Origin: Anaerolineae bacterium
GTDB lineage: Bacteria > Chloroflexota > Anaerolineae > B4-G1 > SLSP01
Length of the DNA: 64,000 nucleotides
NCBI GenBank assembly: GCA_034437215.1
Contig: DAOTVC010000039.1
Location: forward strand, 35,188-99,187
Reading direction: 5' to 3'
Within the stretch, counting starts at the first letter, position 1; every line of letters starts with the position of its first letter. Shown in pieces: positions 60,549 to 64,000 of the stretch. Below the pieces are notes generated by a model. That model ran no database searches and was not told where the DNA came from. It saw nothing but the letters and a program-made list of their open reading frames with translations. Both the position numbers and the translations under genes were made by a program.

Positions 60549-60603
60549 TCGCCCGCCGGCATCCGCTGTCGCCCAAGTGGCGTGCAGGGGTGACGGGTAA
60601 CGC

Positions 60604-60638
60604 GTCCCGGTGCCGGCGGCATCGGCCGGCACCGGGAC
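60604..60638 (-). terminator. 13-bp perfect GC hairpin GTCCCGGTGCCGG..CCGGCACCGGGAC just downstream of the clpC stop
   Basis: Seen in the sequence; no U-tract. Confidence 0.4.
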
Positions 60639-60647
60639 GACACTCAA

Positions 60648-63131
60648 CTACTCCTCGACGAGCGGCTCCGCGACCTCGGCCTCGACACTCCCGGGCACGT
60701 CCTCCGACTTCTCGAAGGTCAACTCGCCCTCCACCTCGTCGATGAGGATCACGTCTCCGGCCGTGAAGCCATCGCCCAACAGGCTGACGCTCAGGGGGCT
60801 TTCGACGTAACGCTGGATGGCACGGCGCAGGGGACGGGCACCGAATTGGCTGTCATACCCCTGCTCGGCAAGCCAACGCTTCGCCTCGGACGTCAGGCTG
60901 ACCCGCAGGTCAAACTCCGCGAGACGCTCCTTCACCTCGAGCATCTGCAGGTCGACGATCTGCTCGACGTCCTCCACCGAGAGGTGGTTGAAGACGATGA
61001 TCTCGTCGACGCGGTTGATGAACTCGGGCCGGAAGGTCCGCTTCAACTCCGAGAGCATCCGGCGCCGCGTCTCCTCCTCCTGAGCGTCCCCGGCCTGCAC
61101 GAAGCCGATGGCCCCGCCCTGTCGCAGGTACTCGGTCCCCACGTTGGAGGTCATAATGACCACGGTGTTGCGGAAGTCCACCGTGCGCCCCTGTCCGTCG
61201 GTGAGGCGCCCCTCGTCGAGGATCTGCAGCAGGGCGTTCCAGATGTCGGCGTGGGCCTTCTCGATCTCGTCGAAGAGCACCACCTGGTAGGGGCGGCGCC
61301 GCACCGACTCGGTGAGCTGCCCCCCCTGATCGTAGCCCACGTAACCCGGAGGCGCTCCGAAGAGCCGGGAGACGGTGTGCCCCTCGCGGTACTCGCTCAT
61401 GTCCACCCGCAGCAGGGCGTCCTCGTCGTCGAAGAGGAAGGCCGCCAGCGCCTTGGCCGTCTCGGTCTTCCCCACACCGGAAGCGCCCAGAAAGAGGAAG
61501 GAGCCGATGGGGCGGCGGGGATCCTTCAGACCGGCACGGGCGCGGCGGATGGCGTCGGCGATGGCCTGGATGGCCTCGTCCTGCCCGATGATCCGCTCCT
61601 GAACGGCCTCCTCCATGCGCAGCAGCTTCTTGGCCTCCGCCTCCAGCACCTGCGCCACGGGGATCCCCGTCCAGGCGGAGACGACGTCGGCGATGTCCTC
61701 AGCCTCGACGGTCTCGTCCAACTGGTGGCTCTCCAGCCACTCCTCCCGCTTCTTGCCGAAGACCTGTTCCAGCCGCAGGCGCTGGGTCTTGATGTCGGCA
61801 GCGCGCTCGTAGTCCCGCGTGTTCCCGGCGGACTCCTCCTCCTTGCGCAGCTTATTGATCTCCGCCTCCATCCGCTTGAGGTCAGGGGGCAGGGTGAAGA
61901 GCGCCACGCGCAACTTCGCCGCCGCCTCGTCCATCAAATCGATGGCCTTATCGGGGAGATGGCGGTCGGTGACGTAGCGGTGAGAGAGGCGGGCCGCCGC
62001 TGCCAGAGCGGCGTCGGAGATGCGCACCTTGTGGTGGGCCTCGTAGCGGTCGCGCAGCCCCTTCAGCATCTGGATGGTGTCCTCCACCGAGGGTTGCTCC
62101 ACGAAGACGGGCGCGAAACGGCGTTCGAGAGCGCCGTCCTTCTCGATGTACTGCCGGTACTCGTCCAGCGTCGTCGCGCCGAGAGCCTGCAACTCCCCAC
62201 GGGCCAGGGCGGGCTTGATCATGTTGGAGGCGTCGAGCGCGCCGGCGGCGTTGCCCGCACCGACCACCGTATGCAGCTCGTCAATGAAGAGGATGATCTC
62301 CCCCTCGGCGCGCTGCACCTCCTCCAGAATCCCCTTCAGACGCTCCTCGAACTCACCCCGGAAGCGGGTCCCGGCGACCAGGGCCCCCAGGTCCAGCTGC
62401 ACGAGGAGCTTGCCCTTCAGAATCTCGGGTACGTCGTCGGTGGCGACGTGCTGCGCCAGCCCCTCGACGATGGCCGTCTTCCCCACGCCCGGCTCGCCGA
62501 TGAGCACGGGGTTGTTCTTCGTGCGCCGCACGAGGATCTGGATCACCCGCTGGATCTCGGCGTCCCGCCCGATGACCGGATCGAGCTTCTGCTCGCGGGC
62601 CATCTGGGTCAGGTCACGGCTGTACTTCTCGAGAATGCGGTAGCCGGACTCCGCACGGGGCGTCGTCACATGCTGCCCCCCGCGCATCTCCTGAATGGCC
62701 TCGAGGGCCAGGTCGCGGGTCACGCCGTACTCCTGGAAGAGCCGGGCGACGGAGGTATTGCGCTCGTGCAAGATGGCGAGGAAGAGATGTTCGGTGGAGA
62801 TGTACTCGTCCTTGAGCTTGTTCGCCTCCTCCTGGGCCAGATCCAGCACCCGCTTGACCCGCGGGGTGATGAAGACCTGCTGACCGCCCCGGGCGCCGTA
62901 GATGCCGGGGCGCACGTTCTCGCGCAGCAGCTTGTCCAGCTCCGTGGCCAACTCCGTGGGCTCGGCGCCCATATCGCGGAGCAGCTCGGAGACCGTGCCC
63001 TCGGGCTGTTGGATGAGCGCCAGCAGGAGGTGCTCCACGTCCACCTGGCTGTGACCGTACCGGGTCATCAGCTCCACGGCCTGCTGCGCTGCCTGCTGGG
63101 CGCGTTCGGTAAATCGATCAAAACGCATCAT
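60648..63131 (-). CDS. clpC: ATP-dependent Clp protease ATP-binding subunit, ClpC-type (two AAA+ modules, short middle domain, Clp_N repeats)
   Basis: Two Walker A motifs (GEPGVGKT; GASGVGKT). 827 aa with a short inter-domain linker, so ClpC rather than ClpB. Confidence 0.85.
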   Translation of the reverse strand: MMRFDRFTERAQQAAQQAVELMTRYGHSQVDVEHLLLALIQQPEGTVSELLRDMGAEPTELATELDKLLRENVRPGIYGARGGQQVFITPRVKRVLDLAQEEANKLKDEYISTEHLFLAILHERNTSVARLFQEYGVTRDLALEAIQEMRGGQHVTTPRAESGYRILEKYSRDLTQMAREQKLDPVIGRDAEIQRVIQILVRRTKNNPVLIGEPGVGKTAIVEGLAQHVATDDVPEILKGKLLVQLDLGALVAGTRFRGEFEERLKGILEEVQRAEGEIILFIDELHTVVGAGNAAGALDASNMIKPALARGELQALGATTLDEYRQYIEKDGALERRFAPVFVEQPSVEDTIQMLKGLRDRYEAHHKVRISDAALAAAARLSHRYVTDRHLPDKAIDLMDEAAAKLRVALFTLPPDLKRMEAEINKLRKEEESAGNTRDYERAADIKTQRLRLEQVFGKKREEWLESHQLDETVEAEDIADVVSAWTGIPVAQVLEAEAKKLLRMEEAVQERIIGQDEAIQAIADAIRRARAGLKDPRRPIGSFLFLGASGVGKTETAKALAAFLFDDEDALLRVDMSEYREGHTVSRLFGAPPGYVGYDQGGQLTESVRRRPYQVVLFDEIEKAHADIWNALLQILDEGRLTDGQGRTVDFRNTVVIMTSNVGTEYLRQGGAIGFVQAGDAQEEETRRRMLSELKRTFRPEFINRVDEIIVFNHLSVEDVEQIVDLQMLEVKERLAEFDLRVSLTSEAKRWLAEQGYDSQFGARPLRRAIQRYVESPLSVSLLGDGFTAGDVILIDEVEGELTFEKSEDVPGSVEAEVAEPLVEE

Positions 63132-63196
63132 GCTTCTTAACCTCTCAACGGGGACGCCCGTCCCCCTCTGCTGCTGACTATTTATAAGGTAAGGAC

Positions 63197-63330
63197 GGCT
63201 CTTCTGAAGAAAGCTCTCTTACCACGGAGATCACGGAGATTTTTGAAGTTTAACTTTCATAAGAATCTCCATGATTTTCTCAGTATTCTCTGTGTCCTCC
63301 GTGGTGAAATAGAGTTCTTTCAGTAGAGCC
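63197..63330. mobile_element. MITE-like element, copy 3: shorter (~134 bp) derivative in the opposite orientation, flanked by a 6-bp direct repeat AAGGAC
   Basis: The reverse complement aligns with copies 1 and 2 (CACCACGGAG..ATCTCCGTG..), with an internal deletion of about 35 bp. Confidence 0.45.
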
Positions 63331-63339
63331 AAGGACAGG

Positions 63340-64000
63340 TTACAGCGCGAAGGATTTGAGAGCCTCACGGGCCGCTGCCTGTTCGGCACTCCGCTTGCTC
63401 GCTCCTACCCCCTCACCGATGACCCGCTCCTCGATGAGCACCTGAGCCGTAAAGACCTTGGCGTGGTCCGGCCCCTCTTCCTTGATAATTTGGTAGGTGG
63501 GCGTGATCCCCGTCTCGGCCTGGGCCCACTCCTGAAAGCGGGACTTGGCATCCACGTAGGAGCGCGCCTCCAGAATCGTCTCCGCTTCGCGCGCGAACCA
63601 GGCAGCCACGCGCTCCCAGACCACCTCCAATGAACTGTCGAGGTAGAGGGCGCCGACGGTCGCCTCCAGCGCATCGCACAGGTTTGCCGGTCGTTCCCGC
63701 CCACCCCCCTCCTCCTCACCGTGACCCAATCGCAGCGCGGCACCGATGTCCAGCTCTTGCGCGAGGCGGGCGAGGGTCTGGGTACGTACCAGGGTGGCCC
63801 GCAGGCGGGTGAGAGGTCCCTCGGAGAAGTCGGGGAACTCGCTGTAGAGCCAGGCGGCGACGAGAAAGTCCAGCACCGCATCTCCCAGGAACTCCAACCG
63901 TTGGTTGTGATGCTCCTCGCCCCCCTCCTCGGGGTGCTCGTGCGCGTAGGAAGGGTGGGTGAGGGCCAGACGGAGCAACGCCGGATTTTGAAAGGTGTAG
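63340..64000 (-). CDS. rnc: Ribonuclease III; its N-terminus runs past the window end
   Basis: ..FQNPALLRLALTHPSY..NQRLEFLGDAVLDFLV.. RNase III signature and C-terminal dsRBD. The reading frame continues to position 64000. Confidence 0.85.
   Translation of the reverse strand, partial: YTFQNPALLRLALTHPSYAHEHPEEGGEEHHNQRLEFLGDAVLDFLVAAWLYSEFPDFSEGPLTRLRATLVRTQTLARLAQELDIGAALRLGHGEEEGGGRERPANLCDALEATVGALYLDSSLEVVWERVAAWFAREAETILEARSYVDAKSRFQEWAQAETGITPTYQIIKEEGPDHAKVFTAQVLIEERVIGEGVGASKRSAEQAAAREALKSFAL

Noticed and set aside
153-63140. Many long ORFs antisense to or overlapping confident genes, for example 153..761(+), 1482..1952(-), 2670..3206(-), 4170..4904(-), 6499..7542(-), 8029..8670(-), 9335..9850(-), 10466..11152(-), 12136..12705(-), 14646..15146(-), 16531..17226(-), 17191..17913(+), 18462..19388(+), 19853..20755(+), 21764..23212(+), 27958..29070(+), 31685..33160(+), 38402..40012(+), 40741..42087(+), 44354..46009(+), 47524..49023(+), 50217..51122(+), 51693..52721(+), 54188..55111(+), 55399..56790(+), 58148..60355(+), 60846..63140(+)
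   Set aside because: High-GC genomes generate long stop-free antisense frames. These overlap well-supported genes (ribosomal proteins, tuf, fusA, rpoB, clpC, transporters) and have Arg/Gly/Pro-rich low-complexity translations. They were not called.

Overview
High-GC (~65%) bacterial chromosomal window, probably from a Chloroflexota-like organism (an impression from the proteins, not verified). It contains the replication-initiator region: a non-coding stretch with two consensus DnaA boxes and an AT-rich segment, then dnaA on the plus strand. The minus strand carries a long housekeeping superoperon: rpoB; rpsL-rpsG-fusA-tuf; the S10/spc/alpha ribosomal-protein cluster (rpsJ through rplQ, with secY, rpmJ and rpoA); truA-rplM-rpsI. 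Other confident calls are glnA, a NUDIX/endonuclease III pair, greA, lysS, trxA, a YabN-like methylase/MazG fusion, plsC, an RsmF-like methyltransferase, clpC, rnc (runs off the window end) and a BMP-family (nucleoside-type) ABC transporter operon with three recently duplicated substrate-binding domains. Accessory content includes a lipoprotein with an internal duplication, an orphan ABC-2 permease with an acidic coiled-coil membrane protein, an LctP-family permease, a response regulator fused to a ParA/MinD-like domain with a degenerate Walker A next to a GAF histidine kinase, two tandem LysM-M23 peptidases and a secreted five-repeat protein. No rRNA, tRNA or CRISPR was recognised. The most unusual non-coding observations are: (i) a ~156-bp MITE-like palindromic element in three copies, two with perfect 9-10 bp target-site duplications; (ii) a 21-bp x 8 tandem repeat flanked by a 12-bp inverted repeat in the NUDIX-nth promoter region; (iii) a recurring GAAACGTGA..TCACGTTTC palindrome upstream of two envelope-protein genes; (iv) a promoter-hairpin-terminator unit upstream of glnA that could be an sRNA or attenuator; (v) several long perfect GC hairpins. 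I could not identify a clear, complete novel system; the candidates are listed with modest interest scores. Many long antisense ORFs in the six-frame track are high-GC artefacts.
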